Virus record (IMG/VR): IMGVR_UViG_3300028833_000144
Location: 1-64,000 of that record
DNA from: a virus
Taxonomy: Duplodnaviria > Caudoviricetes
Length of the DNA: 64,000 bases
Reading direction: 5' to 3' (one strand)
Below the pieces are notes generated by a model, which ran no database searches, had not been told where the DNA came from, and was given only the letters and a program-made list of their open reading frames with translations. Position 1 is the first letter of the stretch. The number at the start of each line of letters is the position of its first letter. Below, piece after piece: positions 10,054 through 20,098 of the stretch. The translations under genes and the position numbers were made by a program.

Positions 10054-10536
10054 TTATGACCACATAACTTTTGTATAGTCTATATAATCAATCCGTATCT
10101 CCATGCTATATAAAGCAAGAGCAGGAGTGATTGCAGTATTGATTCCGTCTACTGACGGGTTTTCGGCGGTTGTTACCATTTCTTCGATGACACAATCCTC
10201 TCCGAAGTTAGGGAAATTATGAGCTTCCCCCTGCTCGTTTATCCAGTCCATAATCTCCTGTATATCAGCAAGATCATCAAGATTTTCATTAGTAAGAATA
10301 TCTTTCGCTATTGCCATGTCAGTAATAGACTTGGATATTACCATGTGTAAGGTATAACTCTTACGAACACTTCCGTCTATAAAGGGTTTATTAAGTCTTT
10401 TATCGTTATCCTCTGTTAAGAATTGAATAGTATCATTCTTTGCATTAACGAAGTTAATAAAGATAGGATTACTCTGTATATCGGGATATGTAGCGAGAAA
10501 TGATAATACCGCTTTGTTCTTATCAACAGTAGCCAT
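10054..10536 (-). CDS. Tail terminator-like protein
   Basis: Gene order in neck module; FIDGSVRKSY..DWINEQ..NFPNF motif. Confidence 0.6.
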   Translation of the reverse strand: MATVDKNKAVLSFLATYPDIQSNPIFINFVNAKNDTIQFLTEDNDKRLNKPFIDGSVRKSYTLHMVISKSITDMAIAKDILTNENLDDLADIQEIMDWINEQGEAHNFPNFGEDCVIEEMVTTAENPSVDGINTAITPALALYSMEIRIDYIDYTKVMWS

Positions 10537-11114
10537 TAAACGTGATACCTCGCTCCAGGAATACTCTCTCCGATAGCAACTTTCAACACTTCCATTATCT
10601 TCCTACGCATAGGGTTATATACCCACGATGTTTTTCTTGCCTTTTCAGTCCAATGGTGTGTAGAACCTGCCGTTGTATAACCTTTTACATAAGCAACCTT
10701 GCCTGCGTTCTTCCCTTTTGAATAGACAACATAATGAGGTTTTCCAATATGGTGCATATCAGAAGCATACTTCTTCTTAACACCTTTTGGAGTACGCCAT
10801 ACATCTGTATAAAGACTATTGCCTTTAAAAACAGGATATACCGGCTCCATAGCAATACCTTCCCATTGATAATGAGCATACTTATTTGAAGGATTCTTTA
10901 CACCCCATATTACAGTTACTCTGTTCTTACCTACATAGGCTCTGTAACCTCTCTTCAATGCTCCCGTATCTTCCGGTGCAAAAGTTCCCATAGCTTCTGC
11001 GGTAATATCCCCAACCTCTTTCCATACGGAATCATCGGGACCTTTTTTTAACTGTGCAATAGCACGAGCAAAGAAATCAGTATTATCAAGTTGAATCTTT
11101 AAACCATCACTCAT
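10536..11114 (-). CDS. Neck / tail-completion (minor capsid 2-like) protein
   Basis: FAPEDTGAL..YAHYQWEG..HHW..KA pattern; neck module order. Confidence 0.6.
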   Translation of the reverse strand: MSDGLKIQLDNTDFFARAIAQLKKGPDDSVWKEVGDITAEAMGTFAPEDTGALKRGYRAYVGKNRVTVIWGVKNPSNKYAHYQWEGIAMEPVYPVFKGNSLYTDVWRTPKGVKKKYASDMHHIGKPHYVVYSKGKNAGKVAYVKGYTTAGSTHHWTEKARKTSWVYNPMRRKIMEVLKVAIGESIPGARYHV

Positions 11115-11118
11115 AATA

Positions 11119-11586
11119 CTACTCTCCTATTACTCTGTAATGCTCCATACCCATTCCTGTGCCTGTATTGATTACATAAGAATCAATCTCTACACATTCA
11201 AGAAGTTCTTTATACTTGCTTACAAGATCAGTCGATCTCTGCCCGTCTGTGTACTCGTCAATAACATCATCAACTTCTCCGAGAATGATAATATCCCCTG
11301 TTGCAAGAGTGAAGTTCTTTGACTTATCTTGCAAAGCTCTCCATTCCTGTTGGTAAAGGAATCGTTCATCTTTAGGAATACGACATATAACGTGCTTCGT
11401 TTCCAATTCAATACCCGATACCTTTACGGAGTATTTACCTACATAGTAAGTAGTATTGTCATACTTCCAAAAGCAGTTATTAAGTACAGTTCTGTACCAT
11501 GTAACTCTCTGTGTAGATGGATCAACATACTTATTGTAGATAGTAAGGGTTTTATCCCACCAAGGAAAAGGAAAATTATTATTCAT
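11119..11586 (-). CDS. Head closure / head-tail joining protein
   Basis: TLTIYNKY..W.RTVL..CFW..FTL..GDII..G; order after adaptor. Confidence 0.6.
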   Translation of the reverse strand: MNNNFPFPWWDKTLTIYNKYVDPSTQRVTWYRTVLNNCFWKYDNTTYYVGKYSVKVSGIELETKHVICRIPKDERFLYQQEWRALQDKSKNFTLATGDIIILGEVDDVIDEYTDGQRSTDLVSKYKELLECVEIDSYVINTGTGMGMEHYRVIGE

Positions 11587-12019
11587 CTTCGTACAGTCCT
11601 CGGTAGAGAATCTTTCGTCCTGCGCTGTTCATTACACCATTAAGATAACGCTTAATACAGTCATCTATTTCCTGTTTAGACTTCTCGTACAAAGCATTAC
11701 CGGAAAGAACCGCATAAGTAGCAGAAACACCGTCATTAGCCTGTGACATAAGTTGTGCATTGGTATTAATACCGCCTGTACTGCTTACATCGGGAGTAAT
11801 GATACTAGCCTTAACCTCAAGTAACTTAATGAGTTGATACATACAGATTTTTACTCGTTCCATAACGTCCTCTGTACGCCACTTCTCTTTCCAAAGTCTG
11901 TTAAATGTGTACCAATCAATATACCCTTGAGCGTCAATAGCAAGAGAATTAAAGAGGGCTTCGTCAGTAATCTTACCGCCCATTTCAGTATATTCAGCAA
12001 ATGTTAAGTATTCTACCAT
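11579..12019 (-). CDS. Head-tail adaptor
   Basis: YLTFAEY..MGG..F..L..DA..YIDWYTFNR..LYRGL pattern typical of A118 gp8-like connectors. Confidence 0.65.
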   Translation of the reverse strand: MVEYLTFAEYTEMGGKITDEALFNSLAIDAQGYIDWYTFNRLWKEKWRTEDVMERVKICMYQLIKLLEVKASIITPDVSSTGGINTNAQLMSQANDGVSATYAVLSGNALYEKSKQEIDDCIKRYLNGVMNSAGRKILYRGLYEDE

Positions 12020-12045
12020 ACGAAACCCTCTCTTATTTGTTCTCT

Positions 12046-12366
12046 TTACTCTTCCGTTGACTTCCTACGAGTTCTCTTCGGCTTATCTTCGAAAACGATA
12101 ACGGGTTGTGTTTGTACCTCATTGAGTTGTGACTTCAAAGATTCGATTTCTGCTTCAAGAGCAGCGATCTTGTTCTTCAATGCCTCATTCTCTTTCTTGG
12201 CATCTACACAAGCCTTTTTCAAAGATTCTGTATCTGTCGGTACTGCCTCTTTGAGAATCTTGCCGTCAAGTGTCTTGGCGGTAAAACCCTTGCTTACATA
12301 GTAGTCCATTTGAGATTTGTCAACTCGGAGAACTACATTACCCTTAACGACTTTAATAATGTTCAT
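12046..12366 (-). CDS. Hypothetical coiled-coil protein between capsid and adaptor
   Basis: 106 aa ORF with SD; basic C-terminus. Confidence 0.5.
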   Translation of the reverse strand: MNIIKVVKGNVVLRVDKSQMDYYVSKGFTAKTLDGKILKEAVPTDTESLKKACVDAKKENEALKNKIAALEAEIESLKSQLNEVQTQPVIVFEDKPKRTRRKSTEE

Positions 12367-12378
12367 AACTACCTCTTA

Positions 12379-13326
12379 TCAAGACGTTGTTCCAGAACCC
12401 TCTGCGACATTGAATCTGATAGCACCTGCCTGCTTGTTCAGAATGAATACGTCCTCGTGAGATTCCTCATAGTAGTAATACTTACCCTCTGTAACTGCGG
12501 AAGGTGCAGTAAGGTCAGCAAACTCATAGGAAACAGGAGTAATAACTGCCATAGGGTGTACGAGGAACATATTGATTTGAAGTGCATCATCATCAATCGC
12601 CCAACCCTCTGTGAAGTCATAAGCAGTTTTCATAAGAGTTGCAGGTACAGGAATGATCTTAACCTCGTCAAGTCTGTTTACTCTACGATCAATAGCATTA
12701 GGTCCCGATGTAATATCCATAGAACGAGAAATGCCGTCAGCCTTTGCAAGCATCTTGTTTACTTCGTGTGTAACGTAGAGGATTCTGCCGTTAGAGGGAA
12801 CTCTCTCATTATCCATTTGAAGCATAAGGTTATCAAATACCTCAAGGATATTATTAACTGTAAGAACAGTTGTGTCGGGAGTTCTTACGTTACCCTGCTC
12901 GTCCTCAACAAGACACCAGTCAGCGAAAATCTTGGAAACTGTATAAGCGTCCATTTCCGGAAACTTCTGTGTCGTATTGAAAACAGATGTGATGTTAGAG
13001 ATAGAAGCAACAAGATTTGTTTCATCAATATCTCTAGGGTGTACGAGCGTTGACCACTTTCTCTCGTTAGAAAGTGTCTTTTGCTCCCATGCGTTATCGT
13101 AGTTTCTCTGTGCAGTACCGATAGAATCACGGCTTGCATTTGTTCTACCGGAAGTTCTGATAGAAGGAATCTCGATAGTCTTTGAGGAAGTCCAACGATA
13201 ACGGTTGTTGTTAGGTGTGGCGTAGAGATCGCCAAAGTTGAGCATATAAGGAAACCATTGTGACAGTTCTCTTTGATACTCGTCAGCGTAACTTACTGTG
13301 CCAAGATCGGAATGTTTTGTGGACAT
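12379..13326 (-). CDS. Major capsid protein
   Basis: 315 aa after scaffold; KTIEIPSI..LSNERKW...V.PRDIDET..PEMDAY and QINMFLVHP..YY.....DVFIL HK97-fold MCP pattern. Confidence 0.85.
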   Translation of the reverse strand: MSTKHSDLGTVSYADEYQRELSQWFPYMLNFGDLYATPNNNRYRWTSSKTIEIPSIRTSGRTNASRDSIGTAQRNYDNAWEQKTLSNERKWSTLVHPRDIDETNLVASISNITSVFNTTQKFPEMDAYTVSKIFADWCLVEDEQGNVRTPDTTVLTVNNILEVFDNLMLQMDNERVPSNGRILYVTHEVNKMLAKADGISRSMDITSGPNAIDRRVNRLDEVKIIPVPATLMKTAYDFTEGWAIDDDALQINMFLVHPMAVITPVSYEFADLTAPSAVTEGKYYYYEESHEDVFILNKQAGAIRFNVAEGSGTTS

Positions 13327-13341
13327 AGTTATAATTCTCCT

Positions 13342-14028
13342 TTACTCTTTTTTGTCCATAGGTCTTATAGGTGTGAAGTTAAAACCAAAGATATTCTTTG
13401 ATTCACTTCCGGAATTTGTACCGCCTGTGGGACCAGCAAAGTGAGGCTTCGGTTGAGCAGGATTATTAGCCGGAGGGGGAGGTGTATTTCCACCTTCATC
13501 TTCCTTTACGAAAGCATCTGCATTATCCTTTGAATAGGATTCTACAAAATCTTCCGCACCCATGATCTTGCCATTGTCGAACTTCAAATTTGCGCCTATC
13601 ATAGCGGTTGTGAAGTCCCTTCTCGCTGCATTAGACGAAAACTTTTTGCCATTAGCAAATTCTCTACAAGCAAATTCATACTGTTGAGAAGCAATTTGCT
13701 TTTGATAAGCTTCCATATCGGTTGTGTATCTTCCTTGAAGTGCATCAAAATCAGACTGTAACTTTGATAGCTTCTCTGCATCTGTTCCTGCACTTGCCAA
13801 CTGCTTCTTGAGATTTTCTAAATCGGTATCTCTCTGTGCAATAGTAGAATTAAGTTGCTCGATAGACTTATCCTTTGCGCCAAGTCCGTCATCATACTTA
13901 TCCTTGCTTACATACTTTCCTTCGGAAAGATCAGTAAACTTTGCACCGTCAGCCTTTGCAAATGCTTCAAACTGTGCGTAGGTAAGAGTTCCGTTTTCTC
14001 CCTTGTCAAAAATGTCTTTAATGTTCAC
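13342..14028 (-). CDS. Capsid scaffolding protein (GP20-like)
   Basis: GKYVSKDKY followed by coiled coil; immediately upstream of MCP. Confidence 0.8.
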   Translation of the reverse strand: MNIKDIFDKGENGTLTYAQFEAFAKADGAKFTDLSEGKYVSKDKYDDGLGAKDKSIEQLNSTIAQRDTDLENLKKQLASAGTDAEKLSKLQSDFDALQGRYTTDMEAYQKQIASQQYEFACREFANGKKFSSNAARRDFTTAMIGANLKFDNGKIMGAEDFVESYSKDNADAFVKEDEGGNTPPPPANNPAQPKPHFAGPTGGTNSGSESKNIFGFNFTPIRPMDKKE

Positions 14029-14202
14029 GAAAAGTTCCTCCTAAAACATTCTTTATATCTGCTTCGTTTTAAATCTGCGGTTGCAGTTCCGCATGAATGT
14101 ATCGAGATTTTAACGTCCCTCGACAAGACTATATAAAAAGGCATTATGCCTAATTATCAAAGAACTTATATTGTAATTTTACTAAACATAAGTAAAAGAA
14201 TC

Positions 14203-14220
14203 AACATTATATACAATGTT
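14203..14220. promoter_or_regulatory. AACATT-N6-AATGTT inverted repeat overlapping a TATAAT (minus strand)
   Basis: aacattatatacaatgtt; no good -35 seen for this copy. Confidence 0.5.
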
Positions 14221-15390
14221 TTAGTAATCTTTTACCCGTATTCTTTCAAGTTTAGCAGGTAAACCACATAGTCTGCTAAACTGCTTATACTGTGTTGTTA
14301 ATGATCCTACTCGATTACGGGAAGTAAACATATCCGCTTGTTTACCCAAAGATTTACTAAATAAATATTTTTCTTTAGCCTGCCTAATCTTTCTTTCATA
14401 ACGTCTTTGTATTTGGGAACACTCATAAAGGGTATAGTGTTTACCGCTAGGGGTAGTATAACCTCTTTCGTTATCTTCAAGTATCTTATCCAACTGTTCT
14501 TGAGTATATTCCGGTTCTTTCTTGCCTATCTTTATATTCATAAAATAGTGACGGCAATTATACTGATAAATTTGTCTTTCGAAGCCGATATAATGATTAC
14601 CTTGAACGTCCTCAAAATCCTCTGCACTTTGCATTTTATCTCTGTTTTCAAAAGTAAACTGATGACCTTGAGCAGGAGCATGATCGGGTGCAGGTGCTAC
14701 ATGAGCAGACAATTCTACACCGTCAGCACCAAACTGCTTACCCATAGTGTCCTGTACTCTCTGAATGAGATTTTTAATGCTCTCCAGGATATTAAATCTT
14801 ACTGCTCTTACTGCGCTTTGTAATCCTCCGTTCACTTCATATCTAACACCACTATCAAACAACTGTGATTCTGTTCTTTGCATAGCAACATCAAAAAGGT
14901 TTTCGGGTACATTACTGTAACTTCTTGCTTCGTTGATTACAGAACGATAAGCGGACTGTAAGTTATAATTCTGCATATAAGAACTGTTAGATAAATCACG
15001 CATAGTAATAACAGGACTATCCGTTAAAGTGGTAAAACTGCCCTGTGCTTCGTTTATCATTCTGTTAGTGAGTTCTACTATTTCTTCATTTTGTGCCAAT
15101 GCTAATTGAGTTTCATAGAAAAGCAGACCTTCTCCGTAGATATACTCTACTATCCACCACCAGTCTTTCTTAATTCTCTTCTTTTGATCCCGTCTAAAAG
15201 CGTTATATTCATCTTCTATAAGACGAATATCACGCTGCATGGTTGCTACTTTATTAAGAGCGTCTAGTTTATCAAAATCGGCAAGCTTGCTTATCCTATT
15301 CGCAATAATACTGATTACGGATAGGCTAAACTCCTCTTGCCGTTTTGCGTAAGGATAAAGTATATTCTCAATTTGCTCATCATTAAGCAT
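14221..15390 (-). CDS. Minor capsid protein (A118 gp4 / Phage_min_cap2-like)
   Basis: ELSAH..PAPDHAPAQG..YNCRHYF..YT.EQL..YT.YECSQIQRRYERKIR..K..RERI motif set. Confidence 0.8.
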   Translation of the reverse strand: MLNDEQIENILYPYAKRQEEFSLSVISIIANRISKLADFDKLDALNKVATMQRDIRLIEDEYNAFRRDQKKRIKKDWWWIVEYIYGEGLLFYETQLALAQNEEIVELTNRMINEAQGSFTTLTDSPVITMRDLSNSSYMQNYNLQSAYRSVINEARSYSNVPENLFDVAMQRTESQLFDSGVRYEVNGGLQSAVRAVRFNILESIKNLIQRVQDTMGKQFGADGVELSAHVAPAPDHAPAQGHQFTFENRDKMQSAEDFEDVQGNHYIGFERQIYQYNCRHYFMNIKIGKKEPEYTQEQLDKILEDNERGYTTPSGKHYTLYECSQIQRRYERKIRQAKEKYLFSKSLGKQADMFTSRNRVGSLTTQYKQFSRLCGLPAKLERIRVKDY

Positions 15391-17147
15391 TAGCTATACT
15401 GATTATCTCCACTCTTAAAGTTATTATCTCCGTCCTCATTCTTCGGACTTTCTTCTTTCTTGCTTTCTGGTGCTTGCCCAAGCATCTTCATTTCAGTAAC
15501 ATTCTGTTCAACTGCTTCAAGATTCTCCTGTTGAATACGAATGAGTGCTTCTTTAGCCTGCTTTTCGGTTTCTCCAAAGTACCACATACGAGTTTCCAAC
15601 CTGCCTGCAAGACCATTGTTCATAAGAATCATTCTTCTCGAAAGCTCTGTGTCCTTATCAACAAGAATACTGTCGTCCCATTCAAAAGACACTTCATATT
15701 CGCCCTCTTCTGTAATCTCATAAAGGGTACAATAAGCGTTCATTACATAAACTGCATCTTCCAATGCTTTTTGTGTAGCTTTTTGAATATCGTGGTTAGT
15801 TTCGTAATTCCTGGTTCTTTGAAGCATAAGTTCCGTGGCGGTTTTTGCTTCTGCCATAGTTTCATCAGATAAAGTACCTCTTGAAAGACCAACCTTATCC
15901 TCTATTCTCATAAGCATCATATTAAGACCATGAATAAGGGATTGATCTCTTAAATCGGGAGAAAATACGTTGTAAGTATTTTCGTCATTAAGATCGACCT
16001 TACGATAAAGTCTTTGTTGAAGTTTACCCATTACAGAATTACCGCTATCGGGATCATCGGGATTATCAATGTATCTCAAGGCATCTCTATCAATGTCGAT
16101 AGCAAGTTCTCCTGCTTCAAACTCCCAAAGAAGTCTTGAATACTGCATATCAGCATCTTCGATAAGAGAAGTTGCTTTAGAAAAACCACTAACACCAAGA
16201 GGACTTTTTCTATCAATAGTATTAGCTTCCGGCATCTTAAAATAAGCGAACATAAGCCTATCTACATCTTCAATATGAGCAACAGGGGTAAACAATTCCC
16301 ACCCAGGTACAGACTGCAAAGGCACTTCATCTCCGAGATATTCAGCAGGATTATTACCAATACCACTCTTAAAAGCCTTATTAATAACAGTAACAGTATT
16401 CCCGTCTAATTTGTGATACTCAAGTCTTGAATAAGTAGTATCTTTATCATACTTTCTTTGAATAAACGCTGCTTCTGTCAACTTGCCGTTTGCATCAAAC
16501 GAAAGAGGAAAAAACTCATTAGCTTGAACATAATCAAATTCAATATCGTAAGAAGTTCCAAATTCCTCTGTTTCAGACTTGCCTGTAAGCATATCTACAT
16601 TACCGGAATTAACCTTAACTTTTCTTTCAACAACATAAGGCTTAATAACAAGACCACCAAGAGCAATTCCATACTCTAACTGTTCTCTCAAATTATCTTT
16701 AATCTTCTGATATTGCTTATTAAGATATTCTGCTCTCTTTGTAGAGCCTTTCGCAACGTCCTGTACTACCACATGAGTAGCAACCATAGGTTCTGCTTTT
16801 CCGTCTGTGCCAACATTATTAGGATTCATGTAATTAGGGGTAACGGGTTCAACCTCTTTCATAGGTGCGGTAACTTCACTCTCAAATTCCACAAGAGCAG
16901 TTCTAGCCTTTTCACTAGCAATTAATTGAGGTAAGCCAAGAGAACGAACGGTAATAGGATCATCGGGTGTTCCTTTTCTTATCCAAAAAGCCTTATCCTC
17001 ATACATATCTGACCAAAGATCAATAGCTTTCATCATCTTATCGGAAACGGCAGGTGTAACGTGTAATACTTCTTGAATAGTTTTCTTACCTATCATTTTG
17101 CTCCATATCCCCTTTATTTTATTTATTACTTGATTAAGTAGTGACAT
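15390..17147 (-). CDS. Portal protein (A118/SPP1-like)
   Basis: LPQLIASEKAR..EYGIALGGLVIKPY..YSRLEYH..SPLGVS..AKTATE..VSFEWDDSILVD. Confidence 0.85.
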   Translation of the reverse strand: MSLLNQVINKIKGIWSKMIGKKTIQEVLHVTPAVSDKMMKAIDLWSDMYEDKAFWIRKGTPDDPITVRSLGLPQLIASEKARTALVEFESEVTAPMKEVEPVTPNYMNPNNVGTDGKAEPMVATHVVVQDVAKGSTKRAEYLNKQYQKIKDNLREQLEYGIALGGLVIKPYVVERKVKVNSGNVDMLTGKSETEEFGTSYDIEFDYVQANEFFPLSFDANGKLTEAAFIQRKYDKDTTYSRLEYHKLDGNTVTVINKAFKSGIGNNPAEYLGDEVPLQSVPGWELFTPVAHIEDVDRLMFAYFKMPEANTIDRKSPLGVSGFSKATSLIEDADMQYSRLLWEFEAGELAIDIDRDALRYIDNPDDPDSGNSVMGKLQQRLYRKVDLNDENTYNVFSPDLRDQSLIHGLNMMLMRIEDKVGLSRGTLSDETMAEAKTATELMLQRTRNYETNHDIQKATQKALEDAVYVMNAYCTLYEITEEGEYEVSFEWDDSILVDKDTELSRRMILMNNGLAGRLETRMWYFGETEKQAKEALIRIQQENLEAVEQNVTEMKMLGQAPESKKEESPKNEDGDNNFKSGDNQYS

Positions 17148-17497
17148 TCGACAGTTCCCCGTTCTTTCTTTTTCTCTTCAACGGCTACGAATATATCCAT
17201 ATTCTGTTCAGGTCTTACTACCTTAAATTTAACATTCTTTTGAGAAATAATCGACCTATAAGAAGTAACATTAGGGAATCCTGCCTTTTTAAGTTCTTTA
17301 AGAACATCTTTAGCAGCATCTACATGAGAATATTCCTCTAATTTCCAATCAAAAGGCATAAGACAACGAATAATAGCAGTATCAACTGCTTTACGATCTA
17401 ATTTCTCTGTTTGAATATAAGCAGAACTTCCATATAAAACATCATCAACATCTTGTTTCTTGGGTTTTCTGAAAGGGATTCCTTTATCATGGCTCAT
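17126..17497 (-). CDS. Hypothetical protein between terL and portal
   Basis: Start MSHDK at 17497 after AAGGAG. Confidence 0.5.
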   Translation of the reverse strand: MSHDKGIPFRKPKKQDVDDVLYGSSAYIQTEKLDRKAVDTAIIRCLMPFDWKLEEYSHVDAAKDVLKELKKAGFPNVTSYRSIISQKNVKFKVVRPEQNMDIFVAVEEKKKERGTVECHYLIK

Positions 17498-17516
17498 TTT
17501 TGTACTTCTCCTTTTA

Positions 17517-19178
17517 TTAGTGTCCTCTTCTATTTGCATATGTTTCAAGTGCGTATCTGCAATTATGAACTACAATGCCATTAGATAGTACAAAATTGTG
17601 GAAAATTGGCACTTCTAAATCATAAACAGGCAGCATCTTATCCGTTTTCTCAACAGATTTAACTCTACAACATTCATCTATACAGGCTATTGTATCTTCC
17701 GTAGTTAAATCTCCTGCCATCACATAACCTCTGTTAGATGTAAGAATCCTATGATTATCCGTACATTCAACAAAACGTCCGTCAAGCAGCCATACTTTAT
17801 ATATTTGAGCATTTTCAAAAGTCAGCCTACAATGAATATACTCTGTTTCTACGACTGTTTTTGTATTAATATCATAAGCAAACAGAGTTCCCTCTGTACC
17901 CACCATATCTTCTATCTTTTTATATCCGTCAGAAGTAAAAACTTCGGTATTTCCTACCAAACAGGCATCAATACTGTGGTTATTCTCGTCCGGATATGCA
18001 GAAATGAAATTACCGTCCCTATCTCTTTCGTACTCATAATTAACAAATTCGTAATATGTTTCGGGGCATCTTTTCTTATCTATATAAATATGTCTTAAAC
18101 CTTGTAACCACTTAATACCATATCTGACGCTATCGGGACCTTTTTTAGCAGGTCTTATAAAAGCACCATAAGCTCTAAAGTCTGCAATAGACTTTTCTTC
18201 TGCACTATCTGCGATAACAAGTTCTGTCCTCTTAACCTTTTTCTCTTCGTCATACAGTTGTTTAAAGTTATCTTCATTTCTAGTCTTATAAGAAGTAAAT
18301 TCATCAAAGATATAAAGGTCTAACTTCTTTGCATCAAAGTGCATACGGACATAACGGAAAGGATCACGGGCAAAACCCCAGTCTATTCCGTTATAAATAT
18401 GGTCAAAAGATTTAACCATAGTATTAGGCATACGCAAATCGGAGGCATTTTCAAATACATCTCCTCCCGTACCCGTAGCAATACCCAGGTATTCATGTTC
18501 ATAAGCACGAGGATTAATAGCCTTTAAGTCCTCCGCTTCTTCTATAAATTCATCTCCTAGCCAAATACGAGGTACATCAAGGTAATTATTCCTTACTACA
18601 AGTGTTCTCGCCCTGCTTGAAGCCTTATCTGCATACACATTCGCCCAATTATTCTTACTGATCGGAGGGTTAAATGTTCTAAAATCCCAATATTTATCTC
18701 CTCCACGCATAGTTGACTGCGTTACTGAACGAATCTCATTCTCACCGGAGAACTGATCTAACTCCTCAAACCATGTGATACCGATATAACCGAACGTAGG
18801 CTTGATAGATTTTACTTTTTGTGGATTATCCAAGCCTAAAAAGTATATTTTTTGCCCTGTCGGTTTAAAAATAATAGGATTTTGATACGCTTTAGGTATT
18901 AAAAAGTAGTCTGTTAAGCCTAATTTGCCTATTCCCCACTCAATTTGCGCCCTTATACTGTTCTGTATGGTATTTCCTATCTTACGAAAACACGCTGCAT
19001 GAACACCAGGATTACTTATTACCAATAAAGGTATAACAATACCCACAAACGATGATTTTGTACTGCCTCTTCCTCCAAGGAAAGTGTAATGAACGTGTCC
19101 ATGATTCAAAATATCCTCAAGGACTTTATCATACATAGGAATTATACAGTCTTGTATATCTACGTTAAAGTTAAGCAT
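17517..19178 (-). CDS. terL: Terminase large subunit (PBSX/SPP1-type) containing an intein
   Basis: Walker A GGRGSTKSS, WFEELDQ Walker B, nuclease motifs GIDWGFARDP, ADSAE, NHSIDA. Confidence 0.95.
   Translation of the reverse strand: MLNFNVDIQDCIIPMYDKVLEDILNHGHVHYTFLGGRGSTKSSFVGIVIPLLVISNPGVHAACFRKIGNTIQNSIRAQIEWGIGKLGLTDYFLIPKAYQNPIIFKPTGQKIYFLGLDNPQKVKSIKPTFGYIGITWFEELDQFSGENEIRSVTQSTMRGGDKYWDFRTFNPPISKNNWANVYADKASSRARTLVVRNNYLDVPRIWLGDEFIEEAEDLKAINPRAYEHEYLGIATGTGGDVFENASDLRMPNTMVKSFDHIYNGIDWGFARDPFRYVRMHFDAKKLDLYIFDEFTSYKTRNEDNFKQLYDEEKKVKRTELVIADSAEEKSIADFRAYGAFIRPAKKGPDSVRYGIKWLQGLRHIYIDKKRCPETYYEFVNYEYERDRDGNFISAYPDENNHSIDACLVGNTEVFTSDGYKKIEDMVGTEGTLFAYDINTKTVVETEYIHCRLTFENAQIYKVWLLDGRFVECTDNHRILTSNRGYVMAGDLTTEDTIACIDECCRVKSVEKTDKMLPVYDLEVPIFHNFVLSNGIVVHNCRYALETYANRRGH
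17562..17963 (-). mobile_element. Mini-intein (134 aa) in TerL
   Basis: Begins CLVGNTEV, block B VECTDNHRILT, block F VYDLEV, ends HNFVLSNGIVVHN followed by Cys+1; no endonuclease domain. Confidence 0.95.
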
Positions 19179-19196
19179 TACTAAACTTTTCCTTTA

Positions 19197-19607
19197 TTAC
19201 TGTTCGGCAGGTGTATTCTCCGATTCAGGTGTTCTAGCAGGACGGACGGCAACCATATTACAAGTGAAACCCTTACATCTCTTGCCTTGAGCATTAACAA
19301 AATAGATTTCATCCTGGCAAGAGCCAAAATAACCCTCTATCTCTTCCGTAGCATAAGGCAAAATAATAGTATGATTAGAAGGTGCAGTAACTTTCAACCA
19401 AAAATTCTCATACTCAACAGGATCATGCCCCTGTTCTACGCCAAAAGTATAATTATAATAAGTACCTATTATCTTTCTATGGAGAACACCGTCTTGAGTT
19501 CTTGTAGCTTCAAGATCAAGAACATCTCCTTTTCTCTTCAAGTTAGTAATAGGCACTTTATACTCTGTATTATCTATACGAATATATTTAGAAGGTGTAA
19601 CAGACAT
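19197..19607 (-). CDS. Distal-tail (Dit)-like protein in non-canonical position
   Basis: RTQDGVLHRKIIGTYYNYTF motif resembles post-TMP Dit proteins of clostridial siphophages; recalled similarity, not searched. Confidence 0.55.
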   Translation of the reverse strand: MSVTPSKYIRIDNTEYKVPITNLKRKGDVLDLEATRTQDGVLHRKIIGTYYNYTFGVEQGHDPVEYENFWLKVTAPSNHTIILPYATEEIEGYFGSCQDEIYFVNAQGKRCKGFTCNMVAVRPARTPESENTPAEQ

Positions 19608-20098
19608 TACTCTTCTCCTTCAAGCAAATCCTCTTCGGTAGGAAGATCGGGGGAAACCTTATCATTCTGTCTTGACCAATTAACAGTAACATTAATCTCA
19701 TTGGCAGCAGCCCTGTCAGCAATAGCCTGCATATCTATCTGCCTCTTTGCCAAAGCATCAGCAGCTTTCATTCTATCCGCTAACGTAGCTTCAATACCAA
19801 ACTGATCCTTAATCTCTCCACGCATAGCCTTTGTATAAAAACACATTATCTCTGTCGTAGAAGCAATAGCATCATTCTTAATGCCCTCTAACTGATTCTT
19901 TAGTTCCTGTTGTATCTTCGCCTTGCCAAGCAGTTTCCTGGCATACTGAATAGGGGCATTAGTTTCAAATCCGGCTTCCTTAACCGCCTTTGTCGCATCC
20001 CCATACTCTATATAGTAAGCAACAAACTTCTGCTCCCTTATGGATAACTTATATTCCCCTCTTTCTATCTTCGCCTTACTTGTCCTTGCCATAATCAA
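19607..20098 (-). CDS. terS: Terminase small subunit
   Basis: REQKFVAYYI..GDATKAVKEAG HTH, IAS..EI..FYT..MRGE, DRMKAADALAK. Confidence 0.85.
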   Translation of the reverse strand: MIMARTSKAKIERGEYKLSIREQKFVAYYIEYGDATKAVKEAGFETNAPIQYARKLLGKAKIQQELKNQLEGIKNDAIASTTEIMCFYTKAMRGEIKDQFGIEATLADRMKAADALAKRQIDMQAIADRAAANEINVTVNWSRQNDKVSPDLPTEEDLLEGEE

